NCBI RefSeq assembly: GCF_006345805.1
Contig: NC_043006.1
Coordinates: forward strand, 14,012,001 to 14,076,000
Direction: 5' to 3'
Length of the DNA stretch: 64,000 nucleotides
Source: Octopus sinensis
Lineage: Eukaryota
Shown: piece by piece, positions 53,105 to 64,000 of the stretch
Layout: each line of letters opens with the position of its first letter
How positions within the stretch are numbered: position 1 is the first letter of the stretch
Translations under genes and position numbers: made by a program
The notes under the pieces: generated by a model
What the model was told of the DNA's origin: nothing
Database searches by the model: none
Seen by the model: only the letters and a program-made list of their open reading frames with translations

Positions 53105-54832
53105 TGTGTACTTTTATTTTTTTATCAGCCACTAGGGGCCCGACACAGATGGGATGGTACAAGAACAGACAAAACATGCAGCGGGGAAAAAAAAATAAAG
53201 CGAATGAATTGATGAGGTGGTGTTATATGGATGTGTGGATGCAATGGCTACTCGAGCAGTTACATTTAATGCACTTTTAAATCTTTTTTTTTTTCATAGT
53301 TCATCAAAAAATGTTTTACTTTAAAATATCTGTCGCTTACTTTTAGTGCTTTCACCTCTGTATTCAGAGGCTGGAGACAGGGTATCAAACCCCACGTCCT
53401 GCCCTATGAGGTCCACATCAAACCCAAAAGTCTTTAACTTTATATATTTTTTCCAAGTCCAACAGGACGCATTTTTTGTTGACGGGGAAATCCCCAGCAG
53501 GTGGTTTTACCCTTGTTTTCTTCCATTTCGTTAACATTTTCTCTATGTTCACGCTTTTGTTATAAAATGTTGTGTATGCTGTTTGTTTGGTTTTCTGTGG
53601 GGGCCTAAGTGGTTTGGTTGTGTGTGTGTTTTCTTGCTTATGTGTGTCTGTGAGCATGTGTATCTTTGAGTACCTGTCCGGCTAGGCCGGACTGAATTTT
53701 TGTTTTTCAGTTCTGTGGACGGGAGTGATATGTCCATGAATAGGTGTTTTCGTGTTTATTTTCTGTGGGTGTTTTCTCTTCCTCTTTAGTTGGGGTACCT
53801 TTTATCTCCTTTTTCCTCGTATCTTCAGCAACGCTCCTTGTTTCTGTCGTAGGCTTTTCGTTCAGCGGCTCCTCCATAGAGTTTTCGGTCTGGGGCTTCG
53901 TTGTCTTCTCAGCCTGGATCTCCGCCACATTCCTCTAGGCTTGGGGTGGCTTGTAGTCGGGGCAGCGAATCTTTATGTGTCCTCTGCGTCCACATAGGTA
54001 GCAGTTGGTCTCCTTCCCTATACGACTACCTTTAGCGTATTTTCCTCTGGTATGCTAATCTCGTATGGCAACTATTCGAGGTCATGGTGTGTGGCCTGGA
54101 GCAAGATTCCTAGGTCATATCTCCATCAATTCACATGTTGTGTTCTTCCAACATGCATTAGTTTTGCATCTTCCTGGGTGGCAAACATAATGGCAGCCAC
54201 CAACAACACTCCTTTTATTTCTGGTGGAATCCTTCTGATTCTTATTCTCGCGTTTCGTCTTCCCATGTAGGTCGGCAGTGTTAAGTCTGCCGACCTTAAC
54301 ACTCTCGTGGAGTGCTTCACTGCTTCTTCTTCGGTGACGAACCGCACTTCCATCGTGCCGAACTTCTTTCCACTGTTAATGAAGGTTGCCTCCGCCATTA
54401 CCAGCAGTAAGCATCTCTCTATGTCTCTCTCATAGGCCACTTCTATCCTCCGCGATGAGGTCGCTTGCGTCCTGTAGACCACGGTTCTTTTCCTTTTCTA
54501 TTCTACACTTTCTTCGGGAAGGGCTACCTTCAACGCTGTCCCCTCCTGAATAAACTGTTTACATGCATCCAGCATATCCTGGTGAACGAGGCAGCGACAT
54601 TCTTTCCCGCTCCTGCGGCAGTCGCATAGCTTGGTGTGGTGTCCACTTCCATACTGAGATGGGAACCAATTTTCACCCCCAAATGGGGGAAAAACACAAG
54701 AAACAAAACTGCCAAACAGACTACATATAACAACTTCACAATTGTTCCAACAATGGGCAGTCTTGCGCGAGTAAACCCTCAATAAAATATCAAACAAGCA
54801 ACTGAATCACAAATGATTTGACAAAAGAACTC
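53105..54832 (-). mobile_element. ORF1-only L1/Tx1-like element, unit Z
   Basis: MEVDTTPSYATAAGAGK, GKKFGTMEVRFVTEEEA..PTYMGRRNARIRIRRIPPEI. 5' motif gagttcttttgtc; 3' aataaa at 53113-53118. Confidence 0.65.
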
Positions 54833-55630
54833 TTCTTTGATTCTTTATTGCCTACAGGGGGCGAAACATAGAAGTGCAAGGACAGACAGAGTCAATACAC
54901 GAGGGGACATAAAATATAAAACGATAAAGGGCGGCGAGCTGGCAGAAATGTTAACGCGCCGGGCGAAATGCCTAGCGGTATTTCGTCTGCCGCTACGTTC
55001 TAAGTTCAAATTCCACCGAGGTCGACTTTGGCTTTCATCCTTTCGGGGTCGATAAATAAAGTACCAGTTTCGCACTGGGACCGATGTAATCGACTTAATC
55101 CCTTTGTCTGTCCTTGTTTGCCCTCTCTGTGCTTAGCCCCTTGTGGGTAGTAAAGAGAAAAAATATATATAAATGAGGATGAACGCTATCGTTAGAGCCC
55201 CATCCTCAAGCATTCACGTTATTACTGTTCAATACGGTTTTAGTTCATTAAATTCCACCACCGGAGGTAGGGTTTCAAACCTCACCTCTACCCCCAGTGA
55301 ATCAATATACGATTTGAAGTGTTTTTTAAAGTTTCATATTTCAGATTATCTACCACTTTGTTTTTCTTCTCACGTCTTTGGTTAATTTCTCTGGAGGAGC
55401 TAACTCCACTTTCGACCGCTCCCTTTCTATATAATGTTCATTTCGGGCATCCTACTTTCCATCCCGAACGGGAGAAAATACAATAAAAACACAAGCTTGC
55501 TAAACAAGCTGTGTGCTTTTGAAAAGAAACACAACAAATTTTACAATAATAGTAACAATTTTTAGTAGTTCGAAGTACCTGGCCAGAAGCCTTCAACAAA
55601 TTAAACCACTCAACGATTGACAAAGAACTG
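54833..55630 (-). mobile_element. Internally deleted related element, unit Y (contains a SINE at 54930-55161)
   Basis: Same 5' motif (55630) and a related 3' end with aataaa (54844-54849). Confidence 0.5.
54930..55161 (+). mobile_element. SINE family B
   Basis: Full-length copy sharing its 3' flank with the 51.8-kb copy. Confidence 0.9.
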
Positions 55631-57311
55631 TCCTTACTTTTTGCTTTATGGCTATAAAGGTCTTACACAGAGGGGACAGCACATGGTGGGGACAAAAAAC
55701 GAAACGAATGAAATTATAGGATGAAGGATGAAATGAAGTCGCTCGGCCTCCGCCTCCGAGCGACTTCATTGAACTTGTAGCAACACCATTTGCATCACCC
55801 TTTGTAACAGCCAATTTGATATATCATTTGAACACAATTATTTACGCAATAGTTAATCCCTCTCTTTTCCCAAAATGTCTATATTATATATATTTTTTAA
55901 ATGTCCACGTACCTTATTTTTTTCGGCATTGTGTGGTGTCTATTTTTTGGGACCACCATTCACATCACAATTTTGTATATACCTATGCACCTTCCACAGG
56001 TTCTCCAGATCCATCAGCACACAATAATTGTTCTCGGGCAGACCCCCTTACACCGACTATATCCACCTTGACTATTCAATCCAACGAATTTACTTCGTTA
56101 TCCAGTTCCTCAATCTGTCCATTGTACATTAATATGAATTCTTCATTACAGAGCGATGGTGAGTAGTTTTGAGGCTCCTGTGTGTTTGCCATGTTTTTTG
56201 TCAGGCTGGGCATGGCGAGAGTTGGTGTCTGTGGGGCGTGGTTGAGGTAGAGTGGGTGTGGGTGAGGACCGTGTGGATGTGGTTTGGTGTCATCTTTTAC
56301 CTTGTGTGTCTTTTTCCTTCTCTTCCTGCTCTTTTTCTCCACCATTTCCCAACTGGTGTCTGATTCTTCCTCCTTCTCAACACTTGTGCCTGTCTTCTGT
56401 GGTTCCACCTCCCGTATTTCTTCCTCCACAGGCAGTGTAACACCAACCACTTTTTCCTCCTGTCTCTCCTTGTTCCTTTCTAGTAATGGAGGACACTCCA
56501 CTTTAATGTGACCTTTCACGCCACATTTATATCATTGTGGAAACCTCCTTTCCACTCGGATACTTTCGACTATTTTTACCAATACCTCCTACGCGACCTG
56601 TACCACCATTTCAATGGTTTGTCCCTTCCAATGCGTGTGGGACGTTCTGGTGGCCTGCAGAAGCACCACCTTCTCTTCCATGCCCAGTAGTATGGCAGCC
56701 ACCAGCCAGGCTACATTCATTTCTGGTGGTATGCCTTCCACTCGCACCCTGGAAGTACGTCTCCCAAGGTACATGGGTAGAAGTACCACTTCATCTGTCT
56801 TCAGCCGTGTGGCCGAATACAGTGTGGCAGTAGCTATCTCCCAAAATGCACCTCCACCGTTCCAAATTTTCGGCCTCTGGCAAGGTATGCTATCTCATGT
56901 CAGACTGACCTCAGTGCCTTTTCCACCCGTGCTTCCGACACCTCTTCAATTTTCTTGTTGCTCTGGCGTAAGTTATGTATACAATCCTTCTTTCTTCCTT
57001 GTCCTTTAATATTGGGCGGGGACACCTTCATATCGTTCTCCTCCCATCAATCATTTCCTTGAACTCACACAGCTCTTCCAGTTTCATTTCTTCAACTTTT
57101 TTTTCTCTAGCTCCCCATTTCTTTGTCCATCTTGTTTAAGTATTCAACTAATTTCTCCTCAGACGAATCACATTCTAGGGAAGAATACCTCAGCTTCTCC
57201 CAATTTCTCGCTCGACGCCCCTCCATTATACAAGGGAGAAAACGTCGCTCCACCAGGACAGCCAAAAACACGTGTGTACCAAACCAATGCAACTGAACGA
57301 CAAAAGAACTG
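55631..57311 (-). mobile_element. ORF1-only L1/Tx1-like element, unit X of a tandem array
   Basis: VGKALRSV*HEIAYLARGRKFGTVEVHF..LLPMYLGRRTSRVRVEGIPPEM..CGVKGHIKVECP. 5' motif cagttcttttgtc. Confidence 0.65.
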
Positions 57312-58440
57312 TTTTTAACAGCCTACCTCGTGTCTGTTTACTTATTTATCCGTAATGGAACAGTCCACTTATCTCATTTTGTGGATGTCCTACACAAAAG
57401 CATAGTATGCTGCTATTTTGAAAATGTTATAAGGGTTTTATAAAAAAAATAATGGCAAGAGCAGAGAAAAAAGAATATTAGATGGAAGTATAATATTAAA
57501 TGTAGGAGAAATTAAAACCATGTAAATTTATTCTTTATTTTTAGCAATCGAAGTGGTGGTGACAGAATTCTTGGCATATGTTCGTTTAATTAAAAACAAT
57601 AAATGAACAGGTTGTTTGAAACAAATCTCTTTCGTAAAAAGCAAACTAGCAAACAAATGGTGTATATGTATGACGACATGGTTCTGAATACGATTCTGTG
57701 ATTTTCATGAGAAGGCAAAATTATCTCATTGACAGTAAAATGTCTTCATTTAAAATAATGAAATTAGTTTATAGATTTATTGGTCTTTATTTTTAGTTTA
57801 GGTAAACGTTTTCAAAATAACAGTACACATCCAAAATAACAGTACACGTCGAAAATAACAGTACACTATAATATATATTCACCAAAGTATTTATTTAAAC
57901 ATTCATTCTGAATTTACAATTGGTATTACTGTATACAGCCAGTAAGATGCACAATACATGTACATTGTAATTATTGAAAAATAGGCGCACTTGGAGTATA
58001 TGTAATCTGGAACCTCTCTCCGCCCACCTTTTTAAAAAAATTTTTTTATGGAAACCCACGTTTTAGGCAATGGAGATTCCTATTATGAAAAAAATTTTCA
58101 AAAATCGCAACAAAAAAACAGTGCACCAAAAAAACACATTTGAATTGCATTTTTTTGTTTCTATTTACGTATTTTTGAAAAGTTTCTTTATTCGTTATAA
58201 AAATTAAATGATAGCATTGTAGTTGCGAGTGGGTCCCCTTAGTCCCCTGGCAACCGATATTTCTAGACCCATTCCGCTACTGCTAACCAATCCCCCAACG
58301 CTTATTATGCGTATATATACTCATGCATGCACACACTAATATGCATGCGTGCATGTAGGTGGCAAGGCATTTTATAAGTGTTTTGAGTGCAGATCAGAAA
58401 GAAAGCAAATGACACAGATAAACACAGATTATGACATAAT

Positions 58441-58870
58441 AGGCGCAGGAGTGGCTGTGTGGTAAGTAGCTTGCTTACCAACCACATAGTTCTGGGTTCA
58501 GTCCCACTGCGTGGCATCTTGGGCAAGTGCCTTCTGCTATAGCCCCGGGCCGACCAATGCCTTATGAGTGGATTTGGTAGACGGAAACTGAAAGAAGCCT
58601 GTCGTATATATGTATATATATATATGTGTATATATATGTATTTGTGTGTATGTTTGAGTCTGTGTTTGTCCCCCTAGCATTGCTTGACAACCGATGCTGG
58701 TGTGTTTACGTCCCCGTCACTTAGCGGTCGCAAAAAAGAGACCGATAGAATAAGTACTGGGCTTACAAAAAAGAATAGTTCCCGGGGTCGATTTGCTCGA
58801 CTAAGGCGGTGCTCCAGCATGGCCGCAGTCAAATGACTGAAACAAGTAAAGAGTAAAAGAGTAAGAGTAA
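58441..58870 (+). mobile_element. SINE family A
   Basis: Full-length copy next to the gap. Confidence 0.9.
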
Positions 58871-58896
58871 TAGAAAAGGAGAGAGAAAGGGAAAGA

Positions 58897-58996
58897 NNNN
58901 NNNNNNNNNNNNNNNNNNNNNNNNNNNNNNNNNNNNNNNNNNNNNNNNNNNNNNNNNNNNNNNNNNNNNNNNNNNNNNNNNNNNNNNNNNNNNNNN
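58897..58996. other. Assembly gap (100 N)
   Basis: Run of N. Confidence 1.
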
Positions 58997-59129
58997 AGGG
59001 GAAAGAATCATTTCAGGTTAAATTTTTTTCTTTATGTTGAGAGATCTTTGAATGAAAAGAGGGAAAGAGGACATATTTCACACACACACACACACTAACA
59101 CACACACACACACTAACACACACACTTGC

Positions 59130-59560
59130 GCCGGCTATCTCGCGCCCTCTACCAATAAAATATTGTTCAGCACTGTCGCAGAAATCACAAAGGCCTGTCC
59201 TACGTTGAGCATCAATATATTCTCCTCGACTTGCGTTAGCGTCTTGAGTTAAGTTACAGTTTAATCTTAAGAAGCCTGTTGTGAGTCTCATTACGGCGAT
59301 TCTGAACCTCCTTCTTCATAGCCCAAGTTTTAGCTCCACAAAGAAACATACTCTCTGCGCATGTTCTGAAGAATGATAGCGCTGATAACCTTGAATTACT
59401 TGATTGACAGATGTTTTGAAGCTTGTTACAGATATTTTCGATTAGTCCTTTACACACCAGAAGTCTTTTTTACTCTTAGCAACGTTGGACTCAAGGAACA
59501 TGAAATCGCTCACCTGCCGGGGTTGTTTATCATCGTTGGAACAACTTGGCAATTGGCTTT
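59130..59560 (-). mobile_element. RTE-like LINE post-RT fragment
   Basis: FFRTCAESMFLCGAKTWAMKKE..HNRLLKI resembles the VESVLLYG.ETW pattern. Confidence 0.6.
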
Positions 59561-59934
59561 ACTCTTCAGTGATGGTCACCTAGTCAGTTTTCTTTATATT
59601 GGTTTCACATTTTGGCACAAGGCCAGCAATTTCGGGGGAGGGCTTAAGTCGATTACATCGACCCCGTGTCCAAGTGGTGATTATTTTAACGGCCCCAAAA
59701 GAATGAAAGGCCAAATCGACTCCAGTGGAATTTGAACTCAGAACGTAGAGACGAACGAAATGCCGCTAAGCATTTTGACTGGCGTACTAACGATTCGGCC
59801 CGCGTGCTGTCCTCTAGTCTTCTTTATATTGAGAGACAGACAGACATTGGCTGAAATATTCTCAAGAGATAGCAACAAGTCTTCCATCTCACACAATGGT
59901 GTATTGTAAAGAGAGGATCATTAGTAAACTCAGG

Positions 59935-60403
59935 GTCAGAGAATAGTTATGGAAGACCGTCGCGTAACAATCCAGGAAATTGCTCGCAAAGTGGGAATAA
60001 GAACAGGATCAGTGCATTTCATTTTAATGGAGGACTTCTGCATGTGGAGAATGTCGGTGAAATTCATCCCCAAGGTGATGGCGGTGCAGCAGAAGCAACT
60101 CCGCGTGGAAATCGCTCAAGACATGCTGTACTGTACAAACCACGACACAGACTCATGAAGATCATCACAAGTGATGAGATATGGTTTTGTGGCCTCTGTT
60201 CGATGCAGTCGGTCATCTTGCGTGAAGCCGAAAGTACAACTAGCGCGCACTACACGTCTATACTCTACGCATAATGACCGTGAAATGACGCGGCCTACAG
60301 GCGCGAATGCGCATGAAAGGTAGCGTCACCCAATGGATTTTTCCCGCATGACATTAGTTTTGACTGGAAAAAACGAAGTTGGATACTTTGTGAACGTCCC
60401 TCG
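59935..60403 (+). mobile_element. Mariner fragment
   Basis: EDRRVTIQEIARKVGIRTGSVHFIL..SVKFIPKVM..KIITSDEIWFCG, ending in a TIR-like ggatactttgtgaacgtccctcg followed by TA. Confidence 0.8.
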
Positions 60404-61086
60404 TATACGCTTTTAAAACTATAAAAGGTGTTTTTCGAGACGAATAACACAGTTTAGATAGATATGCTTTAAGTATGATACACAAATTGCCAATTTAAAT
60501 TAATACGTATATTATACATATATATGTATTTATACATGCATATAAATATATATATATATATATATATGTACACGAACAAAAACGCCCCCGTCAAACATTT
60601 AAACCAAATTTTCTCAAAACAACCTGTCCGACCGTCACATAGGCCTCCCCTTTGAGAAACACTGATTTAACCTAAATTTGAGACACCAGCAAAAGAAGAA
60701 ATAAAGATAGACTTTTTTCTATTCCAAAGAAAACGATTTTATCACACAAATATGCACCGACGAAGAGTTTAAAGTACCAGTAATGATAAGGCTGTTGACT
60801 GGGAGAACACAAACATGGTTTAAACAGTAAGCTTGGCCGGAAAGAAACGTGCCTTTAAGCAGTACAAAAAAACAAAAAATGGAAAGTGCACTTATATACA
60901 GGTTGACGGAAAAAAAGCAGGACAAAAACGCTTTGTCGATCGCATTCTCACCTGGAATCGATTTTGTAATTTTTTGGCAAGACTTATTACACCGCCCTGA
61001 TACCATCGGTATCTACATACCAAATTAAACGCAAGTGGATGGAGATGCCCGAGATCGAGAAGACACACACACAGACAGAGAGACAT

Positions 61087-61128
<42 letters not shown>

Positions 61129-61143
61129 AAAGGAAGGTACAAA

Positions 61144-61698
61144 CTTAGATGGTCGGGTCATCTCTTATGTATGAGCGATATCAGAATTCTGAAGCAACTT
61201 CTCTTACGCCAATTCCCCACAGGAAGGTTAGTTGGAGGGTCACTCTTGCGCTTTAAAGACAGACTAAAAAACAATCTGAAGCAATGCAACATTCCCTTTT
61301 CTTCCTTGGAAAACAAAACATCAGAAAGAAGGACCTGGCGCCAGTCCTGCTTCTCCTCAGTTCAAAGATTTGAGCAAAGTTGACTCCAACATCAGGACCA
61401 ACTTCGTGCAAGCATGAAGGCCAGCTGGCAGAACGAAGCTCCTCTTAATGGAATCCTTTCCTGTCATAGTGGTTTTGTCGTACGAAGCAAAGCAGGCCTT
61501 GCTATTCACTCAAGAAACCCCCTGGTAAAATGATCCACAAGCACTCAAGCAAATTGAGTCAACTACTTGCTCCATCTGCCAAAAATTTGCAAGGCACCAG
61601 CAGGCCTCAAGAGACACATACGTGCCCATAGAACATGATTAACGTTTTATTTTAATGAACCCTCGTTTGTCGTTCACGACTAGAGAATCCATGATATG
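61144..61698 (+). mobile_element. 3' end of an RTE-clade LINE
   Basis: LRWSGHLLCMSDIRILKQLLL..G.R..G..LRFKDRLKNNLKQCNI..RRTWR, followed by C2H2-like KAPAGLKRHIRAH. Confidence 0.85.
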
Positions 61699-61857
61699 AA
61701 CTAGCGCTCTGTCAGTTACGACAACGAGGGTTCCAGCTGATCCGGTCAACCGATCAGCCTGCTCGTGAAATTAATGTGTAAGTGGCTGAGCACTCCACAG
61801 ACACGCAGAGAGTGACAAGGCTGGCCCCTTTGAAATACAAGTACAACTCATTATGTA

Positions 61858-61888
<31 letters not shown>

Positions 61889-62104
61889 TGTATGTATGAA
61901 TGTATGTATGTATGTATGTATGTATGTATGTATGTATGTATGTATGTATGAATGTATGTATGTATGTATGTATGTACATACACACACACACATATATATA
62001 TATAGGCATATATAGGGAGAATTCACGAAAAAAAACAAAAGACGAAGACAGGTGGTGTACAAAACAAACAGATGTATTAGCATAACGCTCGGGAATTGAA
62101 AAAG

Positions 62105-62142
62105 TCTTTTACGTTTCGAGCCTACGCTCTTCTACAGAAAGA
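62105..62142 (-). ncRNA. Minimal hammerhead variant (U at position 6)
   Basis: UCUUU-CUGUAGA-A-GAGC-GUAG-GCUC-GAA-ACGU-A-AAAGA. All three stems are intact and stem III is the palindrome ACGU; A6 is replaced by U. Confidence 0.55.
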
Positions 62143-62733
62143 AGCAAAGAGAGAAACAAGGAGAGAAAAATTGTGCGTAGTGGCTACCGATCTATCATAT
62201 ATATAGGTATATATATTTATGTATGTTTGTGTGTATATAAAGTATGTACATAGAATGTATATATTTCTGTAGTATTTGATGTATTTAAATATATCTTATC
62301 TATTAAAATTTACATGTGTGTATATATATATATATATATATCCTGGCATTTTGCAAGGTTTTAGTGAGTAATTTTATATTTAATGTGTTGACACAGACAT
62401 CACTGTTTGACACTCTTTTTCAGATCTGTTTTTATTAATCCTAATTATCTTCATTCTCATTACAGGGAAAATTTCATTTGATTAATAATTACTTTCGATT
62501 CACCGCATTTAATATATTTCATGCAGAAAATCTCTTTGAAAATTTTACATGTATGCCTCTGTGTGTGTGTGTGGTGTGTGTTGTGTGTGTGTTGTGTGGT
62601 GTGTGTGTGTGTGTGTGTGTGGGTGTTAGTGTGTTGTGTGTGGTGTGCGGTGTATGTGGTGTATATGTGTGGTGTGTGTGTGTGCAGGCACACACACACA
62701 CATACATACATACATACATACATACATACATAC

Positions 62734-62831
<98 letters not shown>

Positions 62832-62839
62832 TTTTCCGA

Positions 62840-62913
62840 TGGCCAGATAACTGAAGAGATAGCGTCGTGGATTTCCACCTCGGCATCCGAAACTCGTAGT
62901 TTTATCATGGCTA
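62840..62913 (+). ncRNA. Type I hammerhead ribozyme
   Basis: UGGCCAGAUAA-CUGAAGA-GAU(A)GC...GUGG-AUUU-CCAC...GCAUC(C)-GAA-ACU-CGU-AGU-U-UUAUC(A)UGGCUA. Long stem I, intact core, imperfect stem II, GUU triplet (cut after 62901). Confidence 0.65.
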
Positions 62914-63017
62914 CCGAATAATTGTCACATATTACATTTACACATATATATACCGGAGTAAGCACATAAATGTGAAACAAGGTGGGGAAAAGAGTACTCA
63001 AATACCAGAGGTAGAGT

Positions 63018-63134
63018 AATATACTTTATTTAAAAGCAGTAGAAATATAACAAAAGCTTTTCACTTTCACGGGAACGCGAAACTCTGAGTAACAGCTTTT
63101 GTTATTTCTACTGCTTTTAAATAAAGTATATATT
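63018..63134. repeat. Short inverted repeat containing the 3' half of a hammerhead-like motif
   Basis: Arms 63018-63058 and 63094-63134. The spacer has ACG-GGAA-CGC-GAA-ACUCUGAGU-A-ACAGC but no CUGANGA strand. Confidence 0.5.
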
Positions 63135-63498
63135 CTGGGTTCAGTCCCACTACGTGACATCTTGGGCAAGTGTCTTCTGCTATAGCCTCGGGCCGACCAA
63201 TGCCTTGTGAGTGGATTTGGTAGGACGGAAACTGAAAGAAGCCTGTCGTATATATGTATATATATGTATGTATGTGTATGTATAGTTTGTGTGTCTGTGT
63301 TTGTCCCTCAGGCATTACTTGACAACCGATGCTGTGTGTTACGTCCCGTCACTTAGCGGCTCGGCAAAAGAGACCGATAGAATAATAAGTACTGGGCTTA
63401 CAAAGAATAATAAGTCCCGGGGTCGATTTGCTCGACTAAAGGCGGTGCTCCAGCATGGCCGCAGTCAAATGACTGAAACAAGTAAAAGAGTAAAAGAG

Positions 63499-63500
<2 letters not shown>
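63135..63500 (+). mobile_element. SINE family A, 5'-truncated
   Basis: Starts at ctgggttcagtccc. Confidence 0.85.
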
Positions 63501-63556
<56 letters not shown>

Positions 63557-64000
63557 CAGAAAGAGAGAGAGGAAGTGGGAATCGAAATGGGATATAGGAT
63601 AATTCTGAGCATTCATATCTCTGGAACCGAGTAAACTGAAACTCCATAGAAAACTCCTCGAGAGAATTATACTTGTAAATCATATGATACGCTTTTGCCA
63701 TGCTGAATCAGCCTGAAATTTTATGTTAAGTGTACACGTGTCTAAGGAATACTCACACCTTCATTCAGGAGTGGGTAATATTGTTGTTCGAACAATCGAG
63801 ATCTCATCGTCGTCGAACAACGGAGATCCAAAAGCATCACCACTCTAAGCTTTTTGCGTACATGTCTTTGTCCGTATAATGTCTCTTTGTCATGGGGGAC
63901 ACGAAGACACGCTAGCGGAAACTCAGAGTAGCAACACAGCGAGTCATGAATTCTCAATGAATATATAAACATACATATACAAATGTATATAAAGATGTGT

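Noticed and set aside
57330-58282. Possible DNA transposon end (ccgctactg; aaaataacagtacac x3)
   Set aside because: No partner TIR or TSD was found in the window.
63901-63935. GAAGA-CACGCUAGCG-GAAACUCAGAGUA motif
   Set aside because: The 5' core and stem I are absent; at best a relic, so it is not listed as a feature.
63742-63972. 76-aa ORF with a nearby GTGAGT donor
   Set aside because: No recognisable domain, and the adjacent acceptor would give an implausibly short intron.

Overview
AT-rich, microsatellite-dense animal genomic DNA. The SINE families and repeat landscape suggest an octopod cephalopod (inference). About 100 N form a scaffold gap at 58897-58996. One host gene is supported: a minus-strand SLC31/Ctr copper transporter. 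Its TM1 exon (22107-22212) and terminal TM2-TM3 exon (1992-2283) have matching splice phases across a 19.8-kb intron; the upstream exon is uncertain. The rest is mostly transposon debris: at least four tRNA-like SINE families, mariner, hAT and Helitron remnants, MITEs, RTE LINEs, R4/Dong-like RLE LINEs embedded in (TAA)n, a Penelope GIY-YIG remnant, and a head-to-tail array of ORF1-only L1/Tx1-like elements. The most striking signal is a dense set of type I hammerhead ribozyme motifs from about ten apparently unrelated sequence families. Several have a complete catalytic core, a palindromic stem III and a long stem II, and several sit in inverted-repeat structures typical of Penelope pseudo-LTRs. 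These include a 478-bp near-perfect palindrome with an outward-facing ribozyme in each arm, and a fully canonical ribozyme in sense orientation about 1.4 kb downstream of the Ctr stop codon. All folds were done by eye and none has been tested computationally or experimentally.
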